Assembly: GCA_964231155.1 (NCBI GenBank)
Contig: CAXRKA010000083.1
Span: 1 to 42,611 of the forward strand
Source: Alphaproteobacteria bacterium
Lineage (GTDB): Bacteria; Pseudomonadota; Alphaproteobacteria; Micavibrionales; SZUA-601
Direction of reading: 5' to 3'
Length of the DNA stretch: 42,611 nucleotides
Made by a program: the position numbers and the translations under genes. This document shows positions 9,809 to 19,011 of this stretch, one piece after another. Within the stretch, counting starts at the first letter, position 1; every line of letters starts with the position of its first letter. Under the pieces are notes generated by a model, which was given only the letters and a program-made list of their open reading frames with translations, had not been told where the DNA came from and searched no databases.

Positions 9809-11512
9809 TTACTGTTCTAATTCTTCTGCTAAAATATCTTTACGAGACAGTTTACCAATCATTGTTTTTGGTAAGGGCTCATCTCGAAATTCGATATGCT
9901 TTGGCATTTCAATCGGAGAAAGATAATCCTTCAAAAATGTTTTTAGCTCACTGGCTTTCAGGCTTTGTCCATCTTTAAGTTTCACCCAAATTTTAACGGT
10001 TTCACCACGATACTCATCGGGCAGACCAGCACAAATTACCTCTTCAACGGCAGCATGCTTATAAACTGCCTCTTCAACATGACGTGGATAAACATTATAA
10101 CCACCACATAAGATCATGTCTTTTAAGCGATCAACGATGAAAATATAACCCTCTTCATCAATATAGCCCACATCCCCTGTACGAAGGCGTCCATCAATGA
10201 TTGTATCGTTGGTAGCCTCTTCATTTTGCCAATAGCCCTTCATCACCTGAGGGCCGATAATACAAATCTCGCCCGTTTCGCCGTAAGGCAATGGCTTGGA
10301 ATGATCCGCGTCTTCATCATCTGGCAATGGCCAAATTTCAAAAATCGTTTGTGGTAATGGCAACCCTATAGAGCCTTCTTTGTTTTGGCCACGCAACGGA
10401 TTACACGCCGCCACAGGTGAACTCTCTGTCAAACCATACCCTTCAACCAAATGTCCGCCTGTACGTTGTTCAAACTTACGCTTCACCTCAACTGGCAGGG
10501 GCGCGCCCCCAGAAATACAAAAACGAATAGAGGAGATATCATATTGATCAATCTTCTTATGCTGATTGATTGCTGTGTAAATTGTGGGTACGGCAGGAAA
10601 AACCGTGACTTTTTTCTTGGTGATGAGTTTTAAAGCATCATTCAAGTCAAATCGTGGCATGGCAATAATCTTTAAACCCAATTTCACGGACAAGTTCATC
10701 AAAACAGTCATCGCAAACACATGGAAAAAAGGAATAGCGGCAAGCGTGATCTCTTTACCCACTTCCGCATTATGAAACCACATGCGCGATTGAATAGTGT
10801 TCACATAGAGGTTTTCATGTGTGAGCATAGCCGCCTTGGGCACACCCGTTGTACCCCCTGTATATTGGAGTAAAGCAACATCATCTTTAATATTCACTTC
10901 AACGGGTAATAGTGGCTCACTCCCCAAGATATCATCAAAAAGCACAATGCTTTCATGAGAGAGATCCGCTATCTCTTTCCGTTTGAGCAATGGAAAGAGA
11001 ATGTTCTTGGGGAATGGCAAGAACTGCTGCATGGGGCAAACAATGATTGTGTTTAGAGTCGTTGATGAGACATGCTCGACCAACTTTGGCAAAAGCGCCT
11101 CTAGATCAAGTGTGACCATGGCCGTTAGCCCTGAGTCTTGAATAAGATGTTCTATTTCATGCTTGGAATAGAGGGGATTGGCATTCACAACAATGCCGCC
11201 CATCCGCAAAATACCATAGTAGAAAATAATATATTGTGGACAATTCGGAAGAAATAACCCGATACGATCGCCCTTTTTAAACCCACGATCTTGTAGGCCT
11301 CTGGCAACACGTTTGCTTAAATCATTGATTTGAGCATAAGTCGTAGTATGCCCCAGAAAATCAACCGCAACATGATGGGGAAACTTCTCGGCTGTCTCAT
11401 CCAGAAGTGAGGCCATATGCTGGGGCTCAATCTCTGCATTCCAATCAATTTCCTGAGGATAGTGTTTTAGCCAAGGGAAATCTTTTGTGTCTTGAGGCAT
11501 AAGGGTCTCCAA
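9809..11512 (-). CDS. fadD: Long-chain fatty acid--CoA ligase (AMP-binding family)
   Basis: 567 aa with the AMP-binding motif LQYTGGTTGVPKAAMLTHENL and later GYGLTE and TGDVGYIDEEGY. The N-terminus WLKHYPQEI is FadD-like. Confidence 0.85.
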   Translation of the reverse strand: METLMPQDTKDFPWLKHYPQEIDWNAEIEPQHMASLLDETAEKFPHHVAVDFLGHTTTYAQINDLSKRVARGLQDRGFKKGDRIGLFLPNCPQYIIFYYGILRMGGIVVNANPLYSKHEIEHLIQDSGLTAMVTLDLEALLPKLVEHVSSTTLNTIIVCPMQQFLPFPKNILFPLLKRKEIADLSHESIVLFDDILGSEPLLPVEVNIKDDVALLQYTGGTTGVPKAAMLTHENLYVNTIQSRMWFHNAEVGKEITLAAIPFFHVFAMTVLMNLSVKLGLKIIAMPRFDLNDALKLITKKKVTVFPAVPTIYTAINQHKKIDQYDISSIRFCISGGAPLPVEVKRKFEQRTGGHLVEGYGLTESSPVAACNPLRGQNKEGSIGLPLPQTIFEIWPLPDDEDADHSKPLPYGETGEICIIGPQVMKGYWQNEEATNDTIIDGRLRTGDVGYIDEEGYIFIVDRLKDMILCGGYNVYPRHVEEAVYKHAAVEEVICAGLPDEYRGETVKIWVKLKDGQSLKASELKTFLKDYLSPIEMPKHIEFRDEPLPKTMIGKLSRKDILAEELEQ

Positions 11513-11567
11513 AATCGGGGTACATTTTACGTTTATTCAATTATAAAAGGGCTTTATTTCTAAAACA

Positions 11568-12659
11568 TTATCCTTTTTTGACTCTTTTGCTTGGGTCTGA
11601 TTTTTGGCGCATTTCATAGAGTCTTGAAATCGTGCGCTGAAATTCATACTGCAAACGCTTGCCTTGATAAAGATCTTCTGGCTGACAATCCGCACGGACA
11701 AACAGTGCCACATCTGCATCATAGAGAACATCAATCAACGTCATAAAACGTTTGGCCTTTTCATTGCTACTCTTAGAAAAAGGTTTCAAGTCATCGAGAA
11801 ACACCGCCTTACAGTGCTCGACCAATTTTATAAACTCACGTGGACCCAGATCCCTTGAGAGCAAATCATCGGCCTGTGTTATCAGCATATTATTGGCCAT
11901 TAGAAATGGCTCAGATCGCTCACCCAAAATCTCAATCTCTGTTTCCTTTGGTGGTTTATCTTTGGTGAGAATAGAAATAATACGATTGAACTGATCATGG
12001 CTCTCTTTGTTTAGGGGTAAAAGCCAGCGTGGTGCATTGTCTTTAAAGGTCTGACGATAATCTGGCCCACTCAGAAAAGACAGCTGTTTAAAGTGATCTT
12101 CTATAAGGTCAATAAAGGGCAAAAATCGTTCACGCTGAAGTCCATCTTCATAAAGGTTTTCTGGTGGCCAATTTGTCGTCACGATAATGAATACCCCCGC
12201 TTTGATAAAGCCTGTTATGAGGGGGTGTAAAATCATGGCATCAGCAACATCTGTGACATGAAACTCGTCAAAACACAAAATGTCAAAGTCTTTGGCCATT
12301 TCAGCTGCCAGCTGTTCAACACGTGTATCGTTCTCACTGTCTTTCGTATCCGTACGCGCTGCATGCAAAGCATCGTGCACTTCAATCATAAAATTGTGAA
12401 AATGAACACGCTTCTTAGGCACGCCCTTAAGCTGGTTAAAGAACCAATCCATCAGAACCGTTTTTCCACGGCCAGACGGGCCATAGAGGTAAAGGCCGTA
12501 TGTTTCATCACTGTCTTGAATGGTCAATAAACGTGATAAAAAACCTTTGCTTTTCTTCTGAAAACTTTGCTGATCGAGGCAATGATCCAAAACAGCTTTA
12601 GCACGTTTTTGATCATCATCCAGCTCTAAATCATCGATAGAAGATACTATTTCACTCAT
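11568..12659 (-). CDS. zapE: AFG1-like ATPase ZapE
   Basis: Walker A in the AFG1 context GLYLYGPSGRGKTVLMDWFF, plus Walker B ILCFDEFHVTDVADAMIL; 363 aa. Confidence 0.85.
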   Translation of the reverse strand: MSEIVSSIDDLELDDDQKRAKAVLDHCLDQQSFQKKSKGFLSRLLTIQDSDETYGLYLYGPSGRGKTVLMDWFFNQLKGVPKKRVHFHNFMIEVHDALHAARTDTKDSENDTRVEQLAAEMAKDFDILCFDEFHVTDVADAMILHPLITGFIKAGVFIIVTTNWPPENLYEDGLQRERFLPFIDLIEDHFKQLSFLSGPDYRQTFKDNAPRWLLPLNKESHDQFNRIISILTKDKPPKETEIEILGERSEPFLMANNMLITQADDLLSRDLGPREFIKLVEHCKAVFLDDLKPFSKSSNEKAKRFMTLIDVLYDADVALFVRADCQPEDLYQGKRLQYEFQRTISRLYEMRQKSDPSKRVKKG

Positions 12660-12772
12660 ATCTCTATTTTTGACACGTATGTTTTAACAAAATCAACCAA
12701 AACACCCAAAAACAAAATACATTTACTTAACTTTGACATTTACTTTCAACTTTATCTGCATAAGTTTTTCAA

Positions 12773-13249
12773 CTAATCAAATACGCAACTTGTCTCGTTA
12801 AAGAGAGAATAAAATGCATACTTAACTAAAGGGATAAATTGGTTATCAGAATCAGAGCCATGGAAACCAAACATAACCCAACTATTGTAATGTATTTTTT
12901 TGCCGGTAAACATAAAGAACTGCTTGTCAAAATGATTGGGAAATATATACCCAAATTCCCCAGAGATGGTCTCTTTTGTCTTAATATTCTCTGCTTTTAC
13001 AAGGTATGCCGTTTCAGCATAGTTTATATTGACCCCAACCTCTAAAGGTGGTGAGTCAAACTCTATTACACCTTGAAATAAAACATCTTCCGTATTCGCC
13101 GTTGGTGATAATGTGACAATGAAGTTATCAGACGTTGCATTCATAAAAACAACCTTGCCCCTTTCACAACCTCGATACATTGCAGAAAGCAAAAATAGAC
13201 TTATGCTAAAAAGTAGAATCAGAAAAATTATTTTGCATTTTTTTATCAT
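12773..13249 (-). CDS. Hypothetical protein with N-terminal signal/anchor (158 aa), low GC
   Basis: N-terminus MIKKCKIIFLILLFSISLFLLSA, no family recognised. Lies 6 nt downstream of the interrupted gene 13256..13657. Sample lines give about 30-33% GC. Confidence 0.45.
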   Translation of the reverse strand: MIKKCKIIFLILLFSISLFLLSAMYRGCERGKVVFMNATSDNFIVTLSPTANTEDVLFQGVIEFDSPPLEVGVNINYAETAYLVKAENIKTKETISGEFGYIFPNHFDKQFFMFTGKKIHYNSWVMFGFHGSDSDNQFIPLVKYAFYSLFNETSCVFD

Positions 13250-13255
13250 AATGCC

Positions 13256-13657
13256 TTAATTCTTATCTTTTTTCTTGACCTCGGGGGGCCTAATAATAAG
13301 CAGACCCTTATCAAGTGCGTCACGCGCTATATCTTCAGGGCTTTTATCTTTGTTTTGAGGATCAAGAGCCAATTCTCTAGCAATCTTATTATTTTCTAGG
13401 TCCATTAGCAAGGATCCTTGTGTTTGGTCTGGTCTAGAGCGCTCATAAGCATCAGTAAATTCTTTTGCTTTTTCAGCACCAACATCTCTAGTAATTTTGA
13501 TATTCTATATGGCATGCCTATAGGCATCTGCTTTATTATCACTCTCATAATATCCCAGATCACGGAGACCTTGTTTGACACCGCGCACATCAGAGCCTTT
13601 GTTCATCTGTCGATTGCCCACGCTCTGATCTAAAAAGAATCCTAGTCTTGAATCCAT
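13256..13657 (-). pseudogene. Small gene interrupted by an in-frame TAG (50 codons + TAG + 82 codons)
   Basis: Not in the ORF track. Reverse-strand ATG at 13657 is preceded by GGAGAAGAAAG. Translation is MDSRLGFFLDQSVGNRQMNKGSDVRGVKQGLRDLGYYESDNKADAYRHAI*NIKITRDVGAEKAKEFTDAYERSRPDQTQGSLLMDLENNKIARELALDPQNKDKSPEDIARDALDKGLLIIRPPEVKKKDKN, then TAA at 13258..13256. The TAG lies at 13507..13505. Eighty-two open codons after the stop in ~33% GC DNA argue for recent coding. Confidence 0.5.
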
Positions 13658-13683
13658 CTTTCTTCTCCTCACCTTTTCTCCAA

Positions 13684-13712
13684 ATACAAAAAGCCCCCTT
13701 AACGGGGGCTCT
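13684..13712 (-). terminator. Rho-independent terminator downstream of hslU
   Basis: Perfect 7-bp GC-rich stem AGCCCCC/GGGGGCT (13692..13710) with a 5-nt loop. On the minus strand it is followed by TTTTTGTATTT. Confidence 0.7.
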
Positions 13713-13802
13713 GATTTTGATGTTTATTGTTTTATTCTCTCAACTTTAAGGCTCTCACATTTTCACATTCTGTCAAGGGGGTAAATATAAGAAAATTCTG
13801 GT

Positions 13803-15176
13803 TTACAAAATAAACTTGGAAAGGTCTTTATCTTTAGCAAGATCACCAACGCGCTCTTCAACCAGCTGTGCTGTGATTTTGAGTGTTTCACCGCCACGCT
13901 CAGAAGCCTCAAAACTAATCTCTTCAAGAAGTTTCTCAAGCACAGTTTGGAGGCGACGTGCGCCAATGTTCTCAACAGATGCATTAATTTCGACTGTCAG
14001 CTTGGCTATGGCATCAATCGCCTCTTCTTCAAATTCCAAAGTGACATCTTCGGTATTTAAAAGCGCTATATATTGCTTAATCAAGCTGGCCTCTGTTTCC
14101 GTCAATATCTTGCGGAAATCATCTTCTGTAAGGGGATTGAGCTCAACACGGTTTGGCAAGCGCCCTTGTAATTCTGGAAGAAGATCGCTCGGCTTAGCCA
14201 CATGAAAAGCGCCAGAAGCAACAAACAAGATATGATCTGTTTTCACTGGGCCATGTTTTGTCATGACAGTTGTGCCCTCAAGCAATGGCAAGAGATCACG
14301 CTGGACACCTTCACGAGAAACATTGCCGCCTTTGTAATCACTGCGTGTTGTGATCTTGTCAAATTCATCAATAAAGACGATGGCATTTTGCTCAACAGCA
14401 TCAATCGCATCACTCATGACTTTATCTTTGTCTAAAAGCTTATCCGCTTCTTCTTGCTGAACAATCTTAGTGGCCTGCTCAACGGTCATTTTCTTTTTTG
14501 TTGTGGATGGCCCACCAATAGCATCTTGAATCATATCGCCGATATTGATCATGCTCATTTGTGCACCAGGCATGCCAGGTACATCAAAGGTATTGCCAGG
14601 ATTGGCTGATTGCATGACATCAATTTCAATCTCTTTAAAATCAATGTCACCATTACGAAGCTTTTTGCGGAAACTCTCCACGGTTGCTTCACCCGCACCC
14701 TCGCCAACAAGGGCTTTCAAGATACGTTCTTCTGTTGCAACCTCAGCTTTCGCCTGAACCGTTTGGCGGTGGCGCTCACGTGTTTGATTGATAGAAATCT
14801 CGACCAAATCACGAACAATGGACTCAACATCACGGCCGACATAACCCACCTCAGTGAATTTCGTGGCCTCAACTTTAATAAACGGCGCATGCGCAAGCTT
14901 AGCAAGACGGCGGGCAATTTCTGTTTTACCAACACCGGTGGGCCCGATCATGAGAATATTCTTGGGCAGAACCTCTTCGCGAATAGGCCCCTCCAAACGC
15001 TGGCGACGCCAGCGATTACGCAACGCAATCGCAACTGCACGTTTGGCTCGTGTTTGGCCAATAATATAGCGATCCAATTCAGAGACAATTTCACGCGGCG
15101 TAAAAAATGCCACATTGTTCTTTTTACTCTTCGCGGGATCAACTTTAACGTCAGGTATTTGAGGGGATGTCACCAT
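13803..15176 (-). CDS. hslU: ATP-dependent protease ATPase subunit HslU
   Basis: [33 protein letters not shown], Walker [18 protein letters not shown], and FIDEFDKI; 457 aa. Lies 3 nt downstream of hslV. Confidence 0.95.
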   Translation of the reverse strand: MVTSPQIPDVKVDPAKSKKNNVAFFTPREIVSELDRYIIGQTRAKRAVAIALRNRWRRQRLEGPIREEVLPKNILMIGPTGVGKTEIARRLAKLAHAPFIKVEATKFTEVGYVGRDVESIVRDLVEISINQTRERHRQTVQAKAEVATEERILKALVGEGAGEATVESFRKKLRNGDIDFKEIEIDVMQSANPGNTFDVPGMPGAQMSMINIGDMIQDAIGGPSTTKKKMTVEQATKIVQQEEADKLLDKDKVMSDAIDAVEQNAIVFIDEFDKITTRSDYKGGNVSREGVQRDLLPLLEGTTVMTKHGPVKTDHILFVASGAFHVAKPSDLLPELQGRLPNRVELNPLTEDDFRKILTETEASLIKQYIALLNTEDVTLEFEEEAIDAIAKLTVEINASVENIGARRLQTVLEKLLEEISFEASERGGETLKITAQLVEERVGDLAKDKDLSKFIL

Positions 15177-15179
15177 AAT

Positions 15180-15728
15180 CTATAGCGTTTCTATTGTAAT
15201 ATTATCGTTGGTATATACACAGATCTCAGCGGCAATATTCAAGGCTTTTTCTGCAATTTGTTTTGCATCGAGATCCTGGTCCTGAAGCGCGCGCGCTGCC
15301 GCCAGTGCATAGTTTCCACCAGAGCCAATAGCAATAACGCCATCTTCTGGTTCCAAGACATCACCTGTTCCAGATAAAATCAAAGAGGTTTCTTTATCAC
15401 AGACTGCCATCATGGCTTCAAGACGACGTAAATATTTATCTGTGCGCCAATCCTTGGCCAGTTCAACGCAAGCACGTGTGAGTTGATCCGGATATTGCTC
15501 TAATTTTGATTCAAGGCGCTCAAATAATGTAAAAGCATCCGCTGTTGCACCGGCAAAGCCAGCGATCACTTTACCATCAGATAATGTGCGTACTTTACGT
15601 GCTTTTGATTTCATGACAGTTTGGCCCATGGACACTTGTCCATCGCCAGCCACAACGACCTGCCCATTTTTTCTCACAGATATGATTGTTGTGCCGTACC
15701 ATTGTGTTGGGTTGGAATGATCAAACAT
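15180..15728 (-). CDS. hslV: ATP-dependent protease subunit HslV
   Basis: The conserved core starts at [33 protein letters not shown] (catalytic Thr in GTTI). The track ORF extends 36 codons further upstream (to 15836) with non-HslV-like sequence, so I place the start at the ATG at 15728, giving 182 aa. Confidence 0.9.
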   Translation of the reverse strand: MFDHSNPTQWYGTTIISVRKNGQVVVAGDGQVSMGQTVMKSKARKVRTLSDGKVIAGFAGATADAFTLFERLESKLEQYPDQLTRACVELAKDWRTDKYLRRLEAMMAVCDKETSLILSGTGDVLEPEDGVIAIGSGGNYALAAARALQDQDLDAKQIAEKALNIAAEICVYTNDNITIETL

Positions 15729-15864
15729 AGCAAAAGACCTTTTTATTCTTACCCCTAACAATCTATAGAGATCATGCAACAAGTCAATACCCGCAAAACT
15801 CAACAAAAACGCACATTCTAAAATCTTTCTTTTCATTCGGAAGGGTTCGTTTTATACTCTTTGC

Positions 15865-16629
15865 ATGAAATTGATCCCCTCAATGAATATATCCAATGGG
15901 CGCTCTCAAAGAATTTTGAGCGATGCGGCTGACAATCTTGAAACCAGTACAGCTGACCCGATCACTCAAGCCAAAATTTTTCAAGACAAAGGCTTTAAGG
16001 ATATTTATATCGTTGATCGCGATGGTCGTCTTGAGGATTACGAGGCCAATTTTAAAACCATCGAACAAATTATCAAAAAGACAAAACTTAATGTTCTTGT
16101 TGGTGGCGGTATACGCTCACGCGAACGCATTGACACCTGGTTTGATGCTGGTGTTGAAGCCGTTACACTCGGCAGTATTGCTTTGCGTGATCCCGAACTG
16201 GTCAAGGCCGCTGCAAAGAGTTATCCACGCCGTGTTATTCTGGGTATTAGCATGCAAGATAACCGTGTCGTTTCACGCTCACAAAATACAATATCTGATC
16301 TTCGCCCGATGGATCTTGCGCTACAATTCGATGGCTCTCAGCTACGCTGTATATTGCTCACCGATGTAAACCGTGATGGCGCACTGATGGGCGCCAACGT
16401 TGATATTGCCGCTGATGTTGCTATGGCGATCACGACACCAGTTTATCTTTCTGGTGGTGTCAGCTGTATTGCTGATCTACAAGAGATTAAGTCGCTTGAG
16501 AAACTTGGCGTTGAAGGTGTTTTATGTGGGCGTGCTCTCTATGATAAAAAAGTTGAAGCCGATATGGCCCTGTCCATTATGGAAGCAGAGACAGAAAACC
16601 GTCCCCACCTCCCAACAGACGGTTTTTAA
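15865..16629 (+). CDS. HisA-like (beta-alpha)8 barrel protein with substituted catalytic Asp (orphan)
   Basis: Colinear with HisA. Phosphate-binding motifs are kept: VGGGIRS, DVNRDGALMG, LSGGVS and GVLCGRALY. The N-terminal IPALDLxDG is IPSMNISNG here. Confidence 0.7.
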   Translation: MKLIPSMNISNGRSQRILSDAADNLETSTADPITQAKIFQDKGFKDIYIVDRDGRLEDYEANFKTIEQIIKKTKLNVLVGGGIRSRERIDTWFDAGVEAVTLGSIALRDPELVKAAAKSYPRRVILGISMQDNRVVSRSQNTISDLRPMDLALQFDGSQLRCILLTDVNRDGALMGANVDIAADVAMAITTPVYLSGGVSCIADLQEIKSLEKLGVEGVLCGRALYDKKVEADMALSIMEAETENRPHLPTDGF

Positions 16630-17450
16630 TCATCTTCTAGAGCAAAAACAGCATTAATAGAGGCTCTGATCTCAATTTCACCGACGGCAACGCTCGCTTG
16701 ATTACCCCCGCCATAAGCAAAATCCGCTGTCATCATTCTGCTTTTGGCCATCGCTGGCATTGCTTCGGCCAAAGGAATATTGACCACAGGAACATTCACG
16801 CGATCCACATTGATCTGAATGGGCCCACCCACTTCGGCATCAAGGGCCTTGGCGACTTCTTCTGCTTTTTTCTTAGCGTTCTCAGCAGCTAAGAGGCGCG
16901 CCTGACGCTTCAAATCATCCTCTTTTTCTGTCTTAAATTGCATACTGTAAACACTGAGCTGAACATCATTCTTCAAAGTAATATTCAGCATACGAGAGAG
17001 TAGCTCTGGAAACTTCTCAATATCACGGTACTTCAGAGTTAAGCCACGACTGGTGTTATAATAATCAACGACAGATCCTTGACAAAACTGAGGATCAATA
17101 CCGATCTGCTGTAAACGCTTTTCATTGTGGCAAGATACATAAACAGGATGAACGCGGATCATGCTTGTCTGTATATCCTTTTCAGCAACAGAAAAACCTT
17201 GTTTCAAAACAGATATAATTTGTCCCATAGCATCCCCAGAATAATTCACAGCTTTGCCTGCCTCACGATGACGCCCTGTCACATTCATACGTATAACAGC
17301 ATAATCAGGCTCTACTGAGATTATGCCATCTGCAGAAACTTGGATATTGGGTTGGGTCGCCAGTTGAGCCTCCGCATTCAGTGGTGAGCACATAAACAAG
17401 AAAAATGTAAGAAACAAAACTGAGCGCATATATGGGAAGTTCATTGACAA
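16626..17450 (-). CDS. Periplasmic SIMPL-domain (DUF541/YggE-like) protein
   Basis: Signal peptide MSMNFPYMRSVLFLTFFLFMCSPLNAEA, then ISVEPDYAVIRMNVTGRHREAGKA, the typical SIMPL start. Size and repeat layout fit. Confidence 0.6.
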   Translation of the reverse strand: MSMNFPYMRSVLFLTFFLFMCSPLNAEAQLATQPNIQVSADGIISVEPDYAVIRMNVTGRHREAGKAVNYSGDAMGQIISVLKQGFSVAEKDIQTSMIRVHPVYVSCHNEKRLQQIGIDPQFCQGSVVDYYNTSRGLTLKYRDIEKFPELLSRMLNITLKNDVQLSVYSMQFKTEKEDDLKRQARLLAAENAKKKAEEVAKALDAEVGGPIQINVDRVNVPVVNIPLAEAMPAMAKSRMMTADFAYGGGNQASVAVGEIEIRASINAVFALEDD

Positions 17451-17506
17451 TTGTCCTTTATCGGTAAAATAATAGATGTAAACCTAATGTCACAAAAGGA
17501 TTCACC

Positions 17507-17986
17507 ATGGACTTTATAGCAATTCAGCATGATTTTAAAGATCAAGGATATGATTCTTTTGCGTATCTAGAAACTCTGGCTCATAACGAAGAGACCAATA
17601 CTCTTTTTAAGACAATTGAAGCCGAGGACGCAGATGGTGTCTACCAATTCATCAGGCACTTTGAAGTGCTTTACATGAAGATGTACGGTGGTTTTTATGC
17701 TCTGAATATATTGATCAATGAGGATAGTATTAAAAGTGCCGTTCTTGAAGAAGTTCGGCTGCTTGAGAATATGGTTGGTCTCATGCGTGACAACGCCTTT
17801 GATGTTTTCTGTGATGAAGAAACAATCATGACAGCCTTTAAAGAGACGGCCAGTTTTATTGGTGAACATCATCAGCGCAATGGCGCTCAATTAACATTAG
17901 GAAAACAAGATTACCTCGATGCTACACGCTTGACCGTTCGTCATCTCCATGACCTCATCCAAGCCAAGAAGGCTACTCCTGCATAA
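17507..17986 (+). CDS. Hypothetical protein (159 aa)
   Basis: Clean ORF followed by a terminator hairpin. No family recognised. Confidence 0.4.
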   Translation: MDFIAIQHDFKDQGYDSFAYLETLAHNEETNTLFKTIEAEDADGVYQFIRHFEVLYMKMYGGFYALNILINEDSIKSAVLEEVRLLENMVGLMRDNAFDVFCDEETIMTAFKETASFIGEHHQRNGAQLTLGKQDYLDATRLTVRHLHDLIQAKKATPA

Positions 17987-17988
17987 AT

Positions 17989-18021
17989 AAAACCCCCATT
18001 ATCTTCTGTAATAGGGGTTTT
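17989..18021. terminator. Bidirectional terminator hairpin between convergent genes
   Basis: AAAACCCC-c-ATTA [tcttctg] TAAT-a-GGGGTTTT forms a 12-bp stem with one mismatch. An A-run on the left and a T-run on the right let it serve both strands. Confidence 0.6.
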
Positions 18022-18051
18022 GAGTAAAATACAGCTCTGTTCTAGAGTGTT

Positions 18052-19011
18052 TTAAAGTGTATTTCTCTGTGCTTCTGAGCCAGGTTTATTTGTGATGCCA
18101 CTGACATCTTCATCAAGGATTGTGACTGTGGTCCCCATCACGTTTTCTTCATTCTCCACAAAGTTCTTATAGCTGTATTTTTCAAGCTCTAGACCTTCAT
18201 AAATTGTGGAATTGACTTTGGCCTTTCCTGAAGTGATCGTGTTTTTATTAAATTGCCATGCTGATCTCCCGGATAGGAAGCTCCAAAAAGCTGCATTTCC
18301 AATAATTGGCCAAGCAACATTTGTAAAAATAGCAAGCAATATATGACATGCCGTTGCCATCCCCCAAAAGGTCGTTTGCCCAACACGATAACGAAATTCA
18401 TACTCTTGATGATCCTCACTGCCATGAATCTCTTGATCTTTCATGGCCGAAAAATCTGTTTTTGTGTCTTTTTCAAGATTACCATATATATACTGCAGCT
18501 CTGTTTGGTCTTCTGTGTAATCAATTGTTGCTTTAAGCTTATTCAACTGCTTTTTCATCTTTGACTGGTGTTTATGAACGCTTTTGATACTGCGCTTTAA
18601 AATAAAAATCTTAGACAGAGCATTGGAAATAAAGGGGGCTGATAGCCAACTACCATTCGCTGCTAGAATTGTACCTGTCAAAAGGTTTCCCAAAAATGAG
18701 GCAATTTGTGCCCCAGATTTTCCTGTAGCCATCACGCTTTTACCGTTTTTATAATCTTTTCCAGAATAAGGAAACCTTCCAGAGCAGTCCTTTGTCCATG
18801 GCAGGGCAAATGTATTATTCTCCATACATTGCATCATCCACTCAACTTTGGCGATTTCGTCCTTTTTCCAATCACCAGTGGGTGTTGGTTTATCCGGTAG
18901 TGGCTCTGTGATTTGAGGATCAATTCTGTTCCCATCAAAGTCTCTCACCTTTTTTAAGCCATTAGGCGTTGTTTGATACAGCGACTGGCCATCTCCACCC
19001 ATAAGTTCCAT
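18052..19011 (-). CDS. Hypothetical membrane-associated protein (319 aa from the SD-supported start)
   Basis: The ATG at 19011 is preceded by GTGGAGACAAATC (GGAG about 9 nt upstream). The track start at 19050 has no SD and adds an odd MCILILILPWRQI. There are two long hydrophobic stretches, GAQIASFLGNLLTGTILAANGSWLSAPFISNAL and TTFWGMATACHILLAIFTNVAWPIIGNAAFWSFL. No family recognised. Confidence 0.45.
   Translation of the reverse strand: MELMGGDGQSLYQTTPNGLKKVRDFDGNRIDPQITEPLPDKPTPTGDWKKDEIAKVEWMMQCMENNTFALPWTKDCSGRFPYSGKDYKNGKSVMATGKSGAQIASFLGNLLTGTILAANGSWLSAPFISNALSKIFILKRSIKSVHKHQSKMKKQLNKLKATIDYTEDQTELQYIYGNLEKDTKTDFSAMKDQEIHGSEDHQEYEFRYRVGQTTFWGMATACHILLAIFTNVAWPIIGNAAFWSFLSGRSAWQFNKNTITSGKAKVNSTIYEGLELEKYSYKNFVENEENVMGTTVTILDEDVSGITNKPGSEAQRNTL

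Noticed and set aside
13505-13507. In-frame TAG as a recoded sense codon (e.g. pyrrolysine or reassignment)
   Set aside because: murJ, hslV and rimK in this same window terminate at TAG at positions matching normal protein ends, so TAG functions as a stop here.
12746-13748. 9-bp direct repeat TCAACTTTA at both edges of the low-GC cassette, considered as att-like target duplication
   Set aside because: It is short and AT-rich, with a chance expectation in two ~130-nt AT-rich intervals that is not negligible. There is no integrase or tRNA nearby, and the hslU terminator lies inside the bracket. I kept it only as a weak note.
14610-15185. 191-aa ORF antisense to hslU, plus several shorter ones at 13816..15142
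   Set aside because: These are shadow frames of a highly conserved gene. No motifs, no SD.
15758-15789. Candidate heat-shock (sigma-32-type) promoter for hslVU on the minus strand (ATTGACT ... CTATAGAT)
   Set aside because: It is only a partial match to CTTG-N17-CYTATNT, the spacing is ambiguous, and it cannot be supported from sequence alone.
15729-15836. 36-codon N-terminal extension of hslV given in the ORF track
   Set aside because: The extension ([20 protein letters not shown]...) is not HslV-like. HslV needs its catalytic Thr close to the N-terminus. The region more plausibly holds the divergent hslV and hisA-like promoters.
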